From an uncultured Alphaproteobacteria bacterium (lineage in GTDB: Bacteria > Pseudomonadota > Alphaproteobacteria > UBA9655): a stretch of 64,000 nt of DNA. Each line of letters starts with the position of its first letter. The first letter of the stretch is position 1. The notes beneath the pieces were generated by a model. The model was not told where the DNA came from, searched no databases, and was given only the letters and a program-made list of their open reading frames with translations. The stretch covers positions 9,094-73,093 of the forward strand of contig CAYRHD010000007.1 in NCBI GenBank assembly GCA_964424065.1, in the 5' to 3' direction. A program made the translations under genes and the position numbers. Shown here piece after piece: positions 54,712-64,000 of the stretch.

Positions 54712-55440
54712 ATGGACATCTTATGTTTGACACATGCCGATTTTGAAACACCGGGTGTGATTGAAACCTGGGCACATGAGAATAGTCATTCCTTTACCAT
54801 CTGCAGACCTTACCGAGGAGAGCCTCCTTTTGCTCAGCAAAACTTTGATTGCCTGATCTTCATGGGTGGGCCTCAAAGTCCCCTGGAATTAGAAAAGGAC
54901 CCTTATCTCAAAGATGAAATCCAACTGATTCAGAAAGCCATTCAAGATGACAAGCTTATTTTAGGGTTTTGTTTGGGGGCTCAATTGATTGGTGAAGCAT
55001 TGGGTGCAAAAACGGAGCGTAGTCCAGAAAAAGAAATTGGTGTTTATCCCATTACCCTGACGGAAGAAGGACTTTGTGATCCTCTCCTCCAAGGATTGCC
55101 AGTTCAATTTCCAGTCATTCATTGGCATAATGATATGCCGGGTGAGACGAAAGATTCTGTCATATTAGCTAGAAGTGAAGGATGCCCTCGTCAAATACTG
55201 CGATATGGATCAAAGGCTTATGGATTCCAATGTCATCTTGAAATTACTCCAGACGGAATTGAAGATATGATCCGAGCGTGTCCCAATGACCTTGCACCAG
55301 GCCGCTTTACCCAAGATGCAGCAACACTGCGAAAACAGGATTATGTCACAATCAATAAAATGATGATTTGCTTATTAGATCGTTTTGTTGCCTTAAATGA
55401 GGAGATCCGCACTCATGCCAAAGCCTTTTCAGCTTATTGA
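54712..55440 (+). CDS. class I glutamine amidotransferase-like protein
   Basis: 242 aa with the nucleophile elbow GFCLGAQL and a later FQCHLE (His/Glu of the triad). Confidence 0.8.
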   Translation: MDILCLTHADFETPGVIETWAHENSHSFTICRPYRGEPPFAQQNFDCLIFMGGPQSPLELEKDPYLKDEIQLIQKAIQDDKLILGFCLGAQLIGEALGAKTERSPEKEIGVYPITLTEEGLCDPLLQGLPVQFPVIHWHNDMPGETKDSVILARSEGCPRQILRYGSKAYGFQCHLEITPDGIEDMIRACPNDLAPGRFTQDAATLRKQDYVTINKMMICLLDRFVALNEEIRTHAKAFSAY

Positions 55441-56095
55441 TCTGAGCCATAGACTTTCTTCTTCTATTCCAACTTGGGAGGGTGAATGTGGTTTTCACCA
55501 TTGCCGTGAAAAAGACTATCGACTCAATTTCTGTCGTACCCATAAGATTGAGATGAATGAAGGAATTGGGACCCATATGGATGCCCCTGCTCACTTCTTT
55601 GAAGGAGGTAAAACCATTGATGACTTGGATATTAATGAATTGTTTGCTCCCTGTGTGGTGATTGATATCTCTCATAAGGCGCATGAATCTTATAGTCTTT
55701 CTTTAGAAGACTTCCATGCATTTGAAGAAAAGTATGGAAAAATTCAGGAGGGGAGTTTTGTTCTGGTTTATACGGGATGGGATCAGTTTTGGGAGGATCC
55801 GGAAAAGTATCGAAATGACCTTAAATTTCCAAGTGTTTCAGATGATGTTGCTGAGCGTCTATTAGAGAGGAACATCAGTGGTCTTGGCATTGATACCCTT
55901 TCCCCCGATCGTCCCGAAGATGGCTATCCTGTTCATCAATTAATATTAGGGGCTGGCAAAGTCCTCATCGAAAACATTGCACAGGCTTCTTTACTTCCCG
56001 TGAAAGGCGCTTATCTTCTTGCTCTTCCACTGAGAATTCAAGGGGGTACAGAGTCTCCCCTAAGGTTGGTGGGAATGGTGGGGAACTGTTCCTAA
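55415..56095 (+). CDS. cyclase family protein (kynurenine formamidase-like)
   Basis: Motif GIGTHMDAPAHF (HxGTHxDxPxH). I prefer the start at 55415 (MPKPFQLIDLSH) over the track start at 55397. Confidence 0.78.
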   Translation: MPKPFQLIDLSHRLSSSIPTWEGECGFHHCREKDYRLNFCRTHKIEMNEGIGTHMDAPAHFFEGGKTIDDLDINELFAPCVVIDISHKAHESYSLSLEDFHAFEEKYGKIQEGSFVLVYTGWDQFWEDPEKYRNDLKFPSVSDDVAERLLERNISGLGIDTLSPDRPEDGYPVHQLILGAGKVLIENIAQASLLPVKGAYLLALPLRIQGGTESPLRLVGMVGNCS

Positions 56096-56291
56096 CCTAT
56101 ACGACAGTTAAATTTAAGTTAGAAGTGATGAATCATATCTTGGTGTTCTCTCGACCTTGACAGATAGGAGACGAGTCCCTACATAATAAGTATAGGTGTT
56201 TAGGGATGCCTGTATCCACAAAAGAGGACCTCACCCTAGATTTGACGATAAAGTCTATCTTTATAATCATTAACTTTTTTGTTGTGCTCGA

Positions 56292-56828
56292 ATGCGTGGG
56301 TTAAGAGCAGTAGAAAGCAAAGAGGTTGATATGAAAAATATCCATCAAAATACTATTATCGAAGAGTTGAAGACAAAAGCTTCTCTCTTATTGAAAGCCA
56401 GCCGCTCTAAGGATTCAGCGATTGCTGCTCAAGCGGCTAAGCGACTCGAAACTCATTCAGAGTTTCCACAAGAAACGTGGAAGCTCAAGGATGCCTTGCG
56501 AGTCATTGCCAATGAATATGGTTGTGAATCTTGGCAGGAATTAAAAAATTTCGCTGAAAGCCCATTCAAAAATCATATGTCTGCTGGACAGCTTAATCAT
56601 TGGTTTGGTGATTACGAAGAAGCGAAAGAGTTCCTTGAATTAAACGGAGGGTATCTCCTTCCTTATCAAAAGGATTACTTTATTTGTAGTCGCTACTTCA
56701 TTGAAGGGGTCGGCATCAATCCGGACGATCCGAATTGGAAGGAAATCGGTTTCGATTGGGTGGTTCCTCAAAATTCACGAGCCTTATTCAAATTGTTTGA
56801 ACAATTGGCAAGGCTTCAAAAACAATAA
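56292..56828 (+). CDS. hypothetical protein
   Basis: 178-aa ORF, with a possible start at 56331 (MKNIHQ), followed by a clear terminator. No recognised domain. Confidence 0.5.
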   Translation: MRGLRAVESKEVDMKNIHQNTIIEELKTKASLLLKASRSKDSAIAAQAAKRLETHSEFPQETWKLKDALRVIANEYGCESWQELKNFAESPFKNHMSAGQLNHWFGDYEEAKEFLELNGGYLLPYQKDYFICSRYFIEGVGINPDDPNWKEIGFDWVVPQNSRALFKLFEQLARLQKQ

Positions 56829-56837
56829 TAAGAATAA

Positions 56838-56866
56838 GCGGCTCTATTGGTTTAGAGCCGTTTTTC
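56838..56866 (+). terminator. Rho-independent terminator
   Basis: Stem GCGGCTCTA/TAGAGCCGT with loop TTGGTT, followed by TTTTT. Confidence 0.75.
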
Positions 56867-56986
56867 ACTTGAAAGTCTCCGTTTCTTGTAAAAAGAAGTT
56901 GATGGATCTATTAAAAGGATGAAAATGGTCGTTGATAAAATGAACTTTCTCCTTAGGCTCTGATTTTTTTGATAGAGGAAAAACGA

Positions 56987-57871
56987 ATGTCATTTATAAA
57001 ACTGAAACAAGTTAACCTCTGTTATGAGATGACTGGAGATCAAGGCTCTCCTTCTATTATCCTGATTATGGGCTTTGGAGGGCAATTAATTCAGTGGCCT
57101 TCTGAGCTTATCAATTCACTTTCTCAATTAGGTTATAGAGTAATTACATTTGATAATCGTGATGCTGGTTTGACAACTTTTTTGTCTTCTCAATCGCCAA
57201 TAAACCTTCAAGAAATATTCAAAGAGGTTGCAGAAGGAAATCGACCATCTCTTCCCTATAGTTTGATAGATATGGCTGAAGATGTGATTCAACTTATGGA
57301 TGCATTTCGTATTAAAAAAGCCCATATATTGGGTATGTCTGTGGGAGGTATGATAGTCCAACTTCTGGCCATTCACCATCCTGAAAGATTAGAGAGTCAA
57401 GTGTGTATCAGCTCAAGCTCTGGAGATCCACAATTACAACTGCCCACTCATACTGTTCAAGAAAAGTTGATGGATTTTACCCAAACCCCTTCAGTAGATG
57501 AAAGAGATCAAGTGGAAAGGCGTCTTGAGCTTTTTAAAGTCTACAATCCAAGTTTTACAGACAAAGACTTGGAACAGACGGCTGAACTTGCTCATGAAGA
57601 ATATGGCCGTCGAACGGAAGGAAATAGTCTTACTCGACAAATCTTAGCGGTAACCACAGCGCCTTCCCGAGTTGAAAACTTAAAAAATCTCACGTTGAAA
57701 ACATTGATTCTTCACGGGAAAGAAGATCCTGTCTTTCCTCTTTCTCATGGAAAGCAGCTTCACACTCTCATTAAAGGCAGTCAATTTTACGAGATTGATC
57801 ATATGGGTCATGGATTTATACAACAGATACTTAGCCCTTTATGCACTGCGCTTATTCAGTTTTATAGCTAG
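56987..57871 (+). CDS. alpha/beta hydrolase
   Basis: HGFGG-like oxyanion region (IMGFGGQL), nucleophile elbow GMSVGG and a C-terminal DHMGHGF. The ATG at 56987 has GAGGA upstream; the track start at 56969 is a TTG. Confidence 0.8.
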   Translation: MSFIKLKQVNLCYEMTGDQGSPSIILIMGFGGQLIQWPSELINSLSQLGYRVITFDNRDAGLTTFLSSQSPINLQEIFKEVAEGNRPSLPYSLIDMAEDVIQLMDAFRIKKAHILGMSVGGMIVQLLAIHHPERLESQVCISSSSGDPQLQLPTHTVQEKLMDFTQTPSVDERDQVERRLELFKVYNPSFTDKDLEQTAELAHEEYGRRTEGNSLTRQILAVTTAPSRVENLKNLTLKTLILHGKEDPVFPLSHGKQLHTLIKGSQFYEIDHMGHGFIQQILSPLCTALIQFYS

Positions 57872-57889
57872 AAGGTATATAGACTGTCT

Positions 57890-58750
57890 TTAGTTCCGTT
57901 CAAAACCAGCCACCTCACTTTTTGCTTTTTGCGCTAAATCCAACCAAAACGTCTCGAATTCTTGAGGGGTCACACTCCCCGTTGAGAATGTAAGTCCACC
58001 TGTATATTCAACACCAATGAATTGGATGGATGAGTCGAAACTTTGTAGGCTCGATTCAACAACTTCAAAGTACTTTGCTCGATCATCAAATAGGATGACA
58101 ACTTTTGGTTTGTAATTCATAGCTTTAAGAAAGGCCACAAGGACAGAGCCTTTTGTGACATCTTGGTGGCCACCAGAATCGGTGAGCAAAACGCCGCGCG
58201 TGAATTCAGGGTGGCGTTCTGTTTGTCCCGTAAAAGAATCCAATTGCAATGATTCAGTGTTAGGAAAAGAAGATTTAAAATCAACGCCCAGTCTTTCGAG
58301 AGCGTCAACTCGCCAATCTGCCACTGATTCAATGCCTCCCAATCTTCCCGTCATGGAATCCGTCAGGGCAATGACTTTTGCGCCCTTAGCTATAAGTGAT
58401 TGGATAATTTTTGGGGCGCGTTCTTCAATAAGAACGGGGGATTGAGTTTTTGTTGAAAGATTCAGAAGAGTATTTCCTTCAAAAGGATTCAAGCTTTGAA
58501 AAATGGATTTGAAGATCCTCTTATGATTCTGAATGCTGGGCCACTGAGCTGCAACTTCGGTTGTAACCGTAAGGGTTAAATCCACGTCAAAACAAATAAG
58601 AATATCCTGAGGACGATATTTTTTACTCAAGTCTTGGAGAATTTCTTGAGCTGTTTGAATAGATTCACATTTTAGAGTGTTTGCGTTCAGTTTTGAGGAC
58701 GTCAGCATTGAGACAACAGCACTGGTAACAAGCAATCTTTTGAATATCAT
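57890..58750 (-). CDS. secreted HAD-like hydrolase family protein
   Basis: 286 aa with a signal peptide (MIFKRLLVTSAVVSMLTSSKLNA) and the HAD motif I-like FDVDLTLT. Confidence 0.55.
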   Translation of the reverse strand: MIFKRLLVTSAVVSMLTSSKLNANTLKCESIQTAQEILQDLSKKYRPQDILICFDVDLTLTVTTEVAAQWPSIQNHKRIFKSIFQSLNPFEGNTLLNLSTKTQSPVLIEERAPKIIQSLIAKGAKVIALTDSMTGRLGGIESVADWRVDALERLGVDFKSSFPNTESLQLDSFTGQTERHPEFTRGVLLTDSGGHQDVTKGSVLVAFLKAMNYKPKVVILFDDRAKYFEVVESSLQSFDSSIQFIGVEYTGGLTFSTGSVTPQEFETFWLDLAQKAKSEVAGFERN

Positions 58751-58904
58751 TTGATCTCCTTTAGAGAACAGGTTACTCCAGTCGAACTCTCTCTATCAAT
58801 AGGATATGCAAGGTGCAATGTATTTTTGACTTTGTATGGCAGTTGCTCAATCAAAAAAAACATGGTATAAGAACAGACAAAACGATTATTTTTTCAATAA
58901 ATCC

Positions 58905-59828
58905 ATGAAAAATTTTATTCTTTATATTGCAACTGTACTCATTTGGGGGACCACTTGGTACGCCGTAAAGCTTCAGATTGGTCTTGCTCCTGACGAGATT
59001 TCCATACTTTACAGGGCCCTCCTTGCCGCTGGGTGTTTGCTTGTATGGTGCAAAATCAAAGGGATGAAACTTAATTTTAGTCTTCTTGATCATGTTTTCC
59101 TTTGTGGTTTAGGTTTATCTATATTTTCCATCCACTATTTCTTTGTTTATAGTGCGTCTACCTATATTGTATCTGGCCTCATCGCAGTTGTATTCTCGGG
59201 AGTCAGTCTCCTCAGTATTATCAATAATTCTCTGTTATTTCGTGTGAAGCCTAGTCTTAATATTTGCTTAGGTGCTTTCATTGGTATCGTTGGCCTTTGC
59301 GTATTCTTTTATCATGAAATCGTTTTAGCAACTCTTGAGGATGACGCCCTCATTGGCTTAGGATATGCAGTCATTGGGACATTTATCTTTTCTCTTGGCA
59401 GCATCATCAGTAAGCGCAACAACCAAAAAGGGTTGGAGATTGTCCCAGCGATGGCCATGGCGACCACTTATGGCGCTTTTGCCATCGGTATCTATACCCT
59501 TGTCCGAGGGACCCCATTGATTTTTCCAGCCGACACGGTTTATTGGGGGGCTCTTGTTTATCTTGTGGCCGTGAGTTCAATCATTGCTTACTTCTGCTAT
59601 CTCCAGCTTATCAAAAATATAGGGCCTGAGCTTGCTAGCTATTCAACTGTTTTATTCCCAGCAGTGGCCTTAATTGTGTCATCCTTTTTAGAGGACTATA
59701 GTTTCTCGCTTGCGGATTTCTTTGGGTTGCTTTTTGTGATTGCGGGGAATGTTCTTGCAATGACAAAAAAGCCTTTGTCCCAAATCGTTCTATCGAGGCT
59801 TAAGCCTTTAGTTTCTGATAGTATCTGA
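58905..59828 (+). CDS. EamA/DMT-family transporter
   Basis: Ten predicted TM helices in two EamA-like halves. The start at 58905 (MKNFILYIATVLIWGTTWYAVK) is more plausible than the track start at 58836. Confidence 0.78.
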   Translation: MKNFILYIATVLIWGTTWYAVKLQIGLAPDEISILYRALLAAGCLLVWCKIKGMKLNFSLLDHVFLCGLGLSIFSIHYFFVYSASTYIVSGLIAVVFSGVSLLSIINNSLLFRVKPSLNICLGAFIGIVGLCVFFYHEIVLATLEDDALIGLGYAVIGTFIFSLGSIISKRNNQKGLEIVPAMAMATTYGAFAIGIYTLVRGTPLIFPADTVYWGALVYLVAVSSIIAYFCYLQLIKNIGPELASYSTVLFPAVALIVSSFLEDYSFSLADFFGLLFVIAGNVLAMTKKPLSQIVLSRLKPLVSDSI

Positions 59829-59859
59829 AGATAGCCATGAAGCCACTGTTGAGGTTTCA

Positions 59860-60260
59860 TAATGAACGATTTAGTTAAACCCAAACAAGACATTCTTTGA
59901 CGCTCAGATAAAGAGCGTCGAGATAAAGCCTTGTTTGATGCGTACTACTTTGAAAAATGAAAAAAATAAGGGCAGACTCTATAAGATGGGTGATACATTC
60001 TCTAAAATTCATTCTTTGAATTTGTGGGGAGCTCAAGAACTTTAAGGATTTGGGAAGTCGATATCTCCTGGCAACAACATTTACTGAATGTGAAACAAAT
60101 GAAGATATCTTGACTGGAGACTGGCGGACTTTAAATTTTCAAAAAACCCCTTTCTATTTTCCTTCGCACAGTTGAAAGATATATCGATAATATTCGCCTC
60201 AAAGCACAGCTTTGAAAACGTTTTGAACTGGTAGAGGTCCATTTTCCCAGTAACTTAGTG
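59860..60260 (+). pseudogene. degraded remnant of a class I SAM-dependent methyltransferase-like gene
   Basis: Frame 60020-60173 reads ICGELKNFKDLGSRYLLATTFTECETNEDILTGDWRTLNFQKTPFYFPSHS-stop. The flanking homologous-looking pieces lie in other frames and contain stops. Confidence 0.45.
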
Positions 60261-60324
60261 AAGACTTAAGGGGTCAAAATGAAAAAGGTGCATATTTCTA
60301 TGCACCTTTTCCGGGGAGAAGACA

Positions 60325-61197
60325 TTAGGGAATTGGTAGGTGCCCGAGAGTATTAGCAACCTTTCCAGCAACACTAGCTGCTTTTCCAGCAACATGAACT
60401 GCCTTTACAGCTGTATGCCCAACGGTTTCGCCAACCTTTAACCCTTTTTCAAGAATGTCTACGCCTTGCTCTAGCTTATCTAAAGTATGGCGCTCTTCTT
60501 TAGCTGGTTCTTCAGGTGGTATCCGAAACAAAACCTGCCTTGGTGTTTCTTTCGGTCGAACTTCCTTTCTTACCAATCTTCTTGCTTTGGTCTCGGCTTC
60601 AGCTCTCGCTTCGACTCTTGCCCTTTCCCAGGCTATCATGTCAGCATATGCTTTGGCTCTAGCGTTGGCTTTCAGTTCACTAAACCCATGAATCTTTTCC
60701 ACCTCTTCTTCAGGTTGAAAAGGATTTCCTTTGCCTTGTGGGTTACCATGTTTAAGTCTTCCCATAAAGCCCAGCTTATGGACGAACTTAGTAGCTTTTT
60801 CCTCATCGCCAAGTTGTTTATAGGCAACTTGAATTGCAGCGATTCTGCCAGCCATCAAGATATTGTTTCGGACAATAGGCTGAATCTTTGATCCGCCGGG
60901 ATTAGGCTGTCCTGCGAAGATTTCATCTACAAGAAATTCGGCTTCATCCTTATCTTTGATCCATCCTTTTGCTGTTTTCAATGCTGCTCTTTTTGCGGCC
61001 CTTTCTGCAGCCTTTTTCAAGAGCTCCTTATCAGGATTTTGGGCAGCCTTGGGAGCCTTGCGTGAATGGGATGAACTCTTGCTCTCTCCGTTTTCATCTG
61101 AGCGAAGTGATTGACAGTCAAAAACAGTCATCAATGCTGTTAAGCAAATGGCGTATTTATATGTATTTATATTTATGTAACACATGTTAAACCTCAT
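60325..61197 (-). CDS. hypothetical secreted Lys/Ala/Glu-rich protein
   Basis: 290-aa ORF with a hydrophobic N-terminus (AICLTALMTVFDC) followed by a charged, low-complexity region. No recognised domain. Confidence 0.5.
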   Translation of the reverse strand: MRFNMCYININTYKYAICLTALMTVFDCQSLRSDENGESKSSSHSRKAPKAAQNPDKELLKKAAERAAKRAALKTAKGWIKDKDEAEFLVDEIFAGQPNPGGSKIQPIVRNNILMAGRIAAIQVAYKQLGDEEKATKFVHKLGFMGRLKHGNPQGKGNPFQPEEEVEKIHGFSELKANARAKAYADMIAWERARVEARAEAETKARRLVRKEVRPKETPRQVLFRIPPEEPAKEERHTLDKLEQGVDILEKGLKVGETVGHTAVKAVHVAGKAASVAGKVANTLGHLPIP

Positions 61198-61590
61198 AAG
61201 TTATGGTTAGTAAAAATGTCCAAAAAACAATTATCCCGGACTACTTATATTATTATCAAATTAAAAACAAAATATCTTTCCGTAATAAACAGCTAAGTGA
61301 AAAATACGGATGTCAAAATAAGAATATTAAGGAATTTTCTCGCTTTTATAACTTTAATGAAGATGTATAGATGCTTAAACTGTTAGAAATATTCCCTAAA
61401 ATTTAAACTACTTTGGGGTGAAAGCTTGCTGAGAGTGGTTCTGTTTCAAATCTTTATGGGAGAGTTGGAGGGATAACTCTTTCGCCTTGACAATTGGCAA
61501 GTGGAGCAAGAATATGATAAGGATACAATGTTGATGGTGGTGGATGCAATTATCCTAAAACTCTATTTTCGATAGCGAAATATTTCTCTT

Positions 61591-64000
61591 ATGAAATTTA
61601 TTAATAATGCCAGAGGTCATAAATTGAGCCGAAAAGACAAACCAAAACAGTGGTTTAGTCCCTTCTGTTTGAAGTTTTGTCGTGGGGTTGTGAGTGCTTT
61701 GTTAATTTTGACTCTTTTGCTGCCTGATATTGCGCATGCGATGGACGAGAGAGAGGAGGGGGCCAACGGTTTGCATCGACCCGCCGTTCTTATCCCCGTC
61801 AATGCCAATGCGAGTCTTCATCGGGAAGAGGTTGATGATGCGGATTTAGCTCCGCCTGAGACGCCCGAGAATTCGATGATTCTTTCGAGTGGGAAAAGAA
61901 AAAGTAAAACATCCTCAAACGATGATGAGGGTACGCAGATGGATAGGTTATCTTCTGACCGGTCGCGGGAAAAGGGAGCAGAAAAACCTCTCGATAAACA
62001 ACGAGAGACGACTCAGCCTGGTCAACGCTCTTCAGTTGTGACATATGGTGCCGTGGACCAAAATTACATTACTGTGGAAGAGTTCTTGAATGGTTCTTAT
62101 CCTGATTCCCAAGATCAGCCCCCTAAACTGAAAAAGCGAAAAACTGTTTCTTTAAAAGAGCTGAGAGATGCGGGCCGACGATATAAAGAATGGAGCACAA
62201 AAGGAACAAGTTTTAATAAAGTCAAAGCATGGTTAGATGGCAATGAACCCCAAGTGGAAGAGATTCTTGAACGCATAAACTGGTTGTTTCAAACTGAGGG
62301 GGCTTCTTCTTCCGCTTCTATCAATCTTCCTAGTACATTTCCTGCCGAGTTAAACACGCCCGAAGGCCGAAAAGCCGCTAAAGCGCTTCTTTTGAATGAA
62401 TTCCGATATGTTTTTGAAGATCAATGCCGTTGGCCACAATGGGCAGCTATGATTGCTACCTGGCCGATTTGTGCATTCGCCGCTCAAGGTTACTCTCCTG
62501 TCATCACAGATGCTGTTGCTAGTATTTTTCATCATCGGTTAGGGCTTGGAGAGTACACAACCACTCCAGAGGTATTATACACAGTTATAGGTTTTTCAAT
62601 CTTTTTTGCGCTTAGCAAAACTCTTTCTCAGATGCCGCAAGTTGCCAAGTATTGGATGTCAGAGCCTCCTAGCTGGGACTTTTTACCTGAATATTTTGCG
62701 GAAGATTCAGTGGGACGCTTTTCTTTAAAAACAGACTGGAGAATCAGATTGATAGAAAGAGGCATAAAATTAACAGACTCTGTACTTCATGCGGCTTGGA
62801 ATACATACTTTTTGATTGCCATTTTGATTATCGAAGTTAATGAACAGAACACGAGCAACTTTACTCTAGCAAACCTAATACCAGAAATTATGTTTTTAAT
62901 AGGTCTACCTATTGCAGAAGCCCTTCAAGAACATGAGCAAGCATCCCTTGTTCTGAATCAAGGTCGGTCTTTTACGGCTCGTATGTTGAAAAGGCTTTTT
63001 GATTATGAACTGCCGAATGCGATTATTCCGAGAGTGAGTCTCCCTTACGAAGCTTTCCGATCTGAGGAATTGGAAAAGCTTTCTCAATTCAGGTGTGCTG
63101 TTGGTTGTATGCCAGAGCCCTTGGTGGATCAAGTTTATGATCGGATGTTTGGCAAACGCGCCATCTTTTCGAAAGAAGCCTTTCAACGGAAATATCCTAA
63201 CCGTTCAGCAAATCATTACCGGATGATGAGTGGCGCGGCTCGTGTGGCTTACATCACTTCTCTTGCAAAAGAAATTCAAGAAGAGAAAGAACAAGAAGTC
63301 CAGGCCCTCGGAAATAGCGCTCTTGTCAAGGAAGGGAATGAAGAAGAGAATACATTTTATAATGGAGCAACAATTGCCGCAAGTGGAGGTGTAACGATCT
63401 GGGCGATACTTGGTGCGGCTATCTTTTTACAATTTGCCTTTCAATTAACGTTAGAGTTTTTTGGGGCTTCTAAAGAAGGATCCTTTGATGGATCCTTGAT
63501 TTTAGCAGGGGTGAGCATGCCTTTTTTGAGCATATCAAGTCATGTGAGTAGCCTCGAAATGTTCAGAGACCGTTTAGGGCGATTTTTGCCGAGCCGCTTG
63601 TATAATGCAGAACCTGATGAACACAGCAAGTGGATGCCCATTCGGGCGATGCTCTTTTGTCTCTTAGCGATTCCTGCAGCTGCTGCCTTTACTCTTCCCT
63701 TTTTACAAGGAGGTCTTGATTCAACGGATCGGTTTGGCGTCCAGTCAGCAATGATTTGTATCAGAACGTTACTGATTCTTGGATTCACAGCGAGTATAGG
63801 GTTTGGTCAATTTGGCGAGACGGTGAAAGCCTTTGTTGAGTATTGGCCCACACTTGCATGCAAGACTTATAATGGATTTCGAACACGGGTTTTGGGATGG
63901 GAGCCTACCAACAAGAGAGATGAGGTCATGCGCGGTTTGATAGGGCATCGCCGTAAGCTGGCCCGTTATAATCAAGAAGCTCTTGCTTTTCTCAGGTATC
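61591..64000 (+). CDS. large hypothetical polytopic membrane protein (3'-partial, runs off the window)
   Basis: Not in the supplied ORF track. I translated 61591-64000 codon by codon and found no stop in 803 codons. There is an in-frame stop at 61573 and the first ATG is at 61591. It has a signal-like N-terminus (VVSALLILTLLLPDIAHA), a ~250-aa charged region and at least 8 hydrophobic segments. Confidence 0.8.
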   Translation, partial: MKFINNARGHKLSRKDKPKQWFSPFCLKFCRGVVSALLILTLLLPDIAHAMDEREEGANGLHRPAVLIPVNANASLHREEVDDADLAPPETPENSMILSSGKRKSKTSSNDDEGTQMDRLSSDRSREKGAEKPLDKQRETTQPGQRSSVVTYGAVDQNYITVEEFLNGSYPDSQDQPPKLKKRKTVSLKELRDAGRRYKEWSTKGTSFNKVKAWLDGNEPQVEEILERINWLFQTEGASSSASINLPSTFPAELNTPEGRKAAKALLLNEFRYVFEDQCRWPQWAAMIATWPICAFAAQGYSPVITDAVASIFHHRLGLGEYTTTPEVLYTVIGFSIFFALSKTLSQMPQVAKYWMSEPPSWDFLPEYFAEDSVGRFSLKTDWRIRLIERGIKLTDSVLHAAWNTYFLIAILIIEVNEQNTSNFTLANLIPEIMFLIGLPIAEALQEHEQASLVLNQGRSFTARMLKRLFDYELPNAIIPRVSLPYEAFRSEELEKLSQFRCAVGCMPEPLVDQVYDRMFGKRAIFSKEAFQRKYPNRSANHYRMMSGAARVAYITSLAKEIQEEKEQEVQALGNSALVKEGNEEENTFYNGATIAASGGVTIWAILGAAIFLQFAFQLTLEFFGASKEGSFDGSLILAGVSMPFLSISSHVSSLEMFRDRLGRFLPSRLYNAEPDEHSKWMPIRAMLFCLLAIPAAAAFTLPFLQGGLDSTDRFGVQSAMICIRTLLILGFTASIGFGQFGETVKAFVEYWPTLACKTYNGFRTRVLGWEPTNKRDEVMRGLIGHRRKLARYNQEALAFLRY

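Noticed and set aside
61617-63975. Several 60-93-aa minus-strand ORFs in the track
   Set aside because: All lie antisense within the uninterrupted 803-codon + strand ORF starting at 61591, so they are shadow ORFs.

Overview
This 64-kb window looks like part of an alphaproteobacterial chromosome. Evidence: the mdh-sucC-sucD-sucA gene order, an hda-like gene, a DUF721/DciA-like gene divergent from mutY, and a candidate 6S RNA upstream of the 5-formyl-THF cyclo-ligase gene. Many signal-peptide hypotheticals, a patatin-like phospholipase, orphan pseudopilins and dispersed palindromic repeats suggest a host-associated or intracellular lineage, but the lineage cannot be determined here. Regions 1-39.9 kb and 54.7-64 kb carry mostly core genes (TCA cycle, transketolase/GAPDH, recJ, recG, mutY, rnhB, rpsD, transporters), interleaved with small accessory patches. 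Between tRNA-Lys(CUU) (39856-39931) and about 54.65 kb lies a clearly AT-richer island of about 14.7 kb with 12 intact genes. These are a HIT-like protein, a short NifS-like PLP enzyme, an XRE regulator, a sensor-kinase-like protein with a degenerate N box, a 1174-aa membrane-anchored TPR protein and an N-terminally truncated RlmN/Cfr-family radical SAM enzyme. Divergent from the radical SAM gene is a translationally coupled six-gene operon: a 67-aa ORF, a PhnN-like P-loop kinase fused to a Nudix domain, selenophosphate synthetase SelD (Cys type), a SufS-like Cys/Sec lyase, a SufU-like scaffold and a divergent DHH phosphoesterase. None of the known SelD client genes (selA/selB, selU/ybbB, yqeB/yqeC, senA/senB) is in the window. 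This island is therefore my best candidate for an undescribed selenium-utilisation system. It appears to be controlled through a repeated ATGTAT-N2-ATRCA operator motif. One long ORF (61591 to beyond 64000, + strand) is missing from the supplied ORF track. All family assignments come from motif and pattern recognition by eye; no database search or computation was run.
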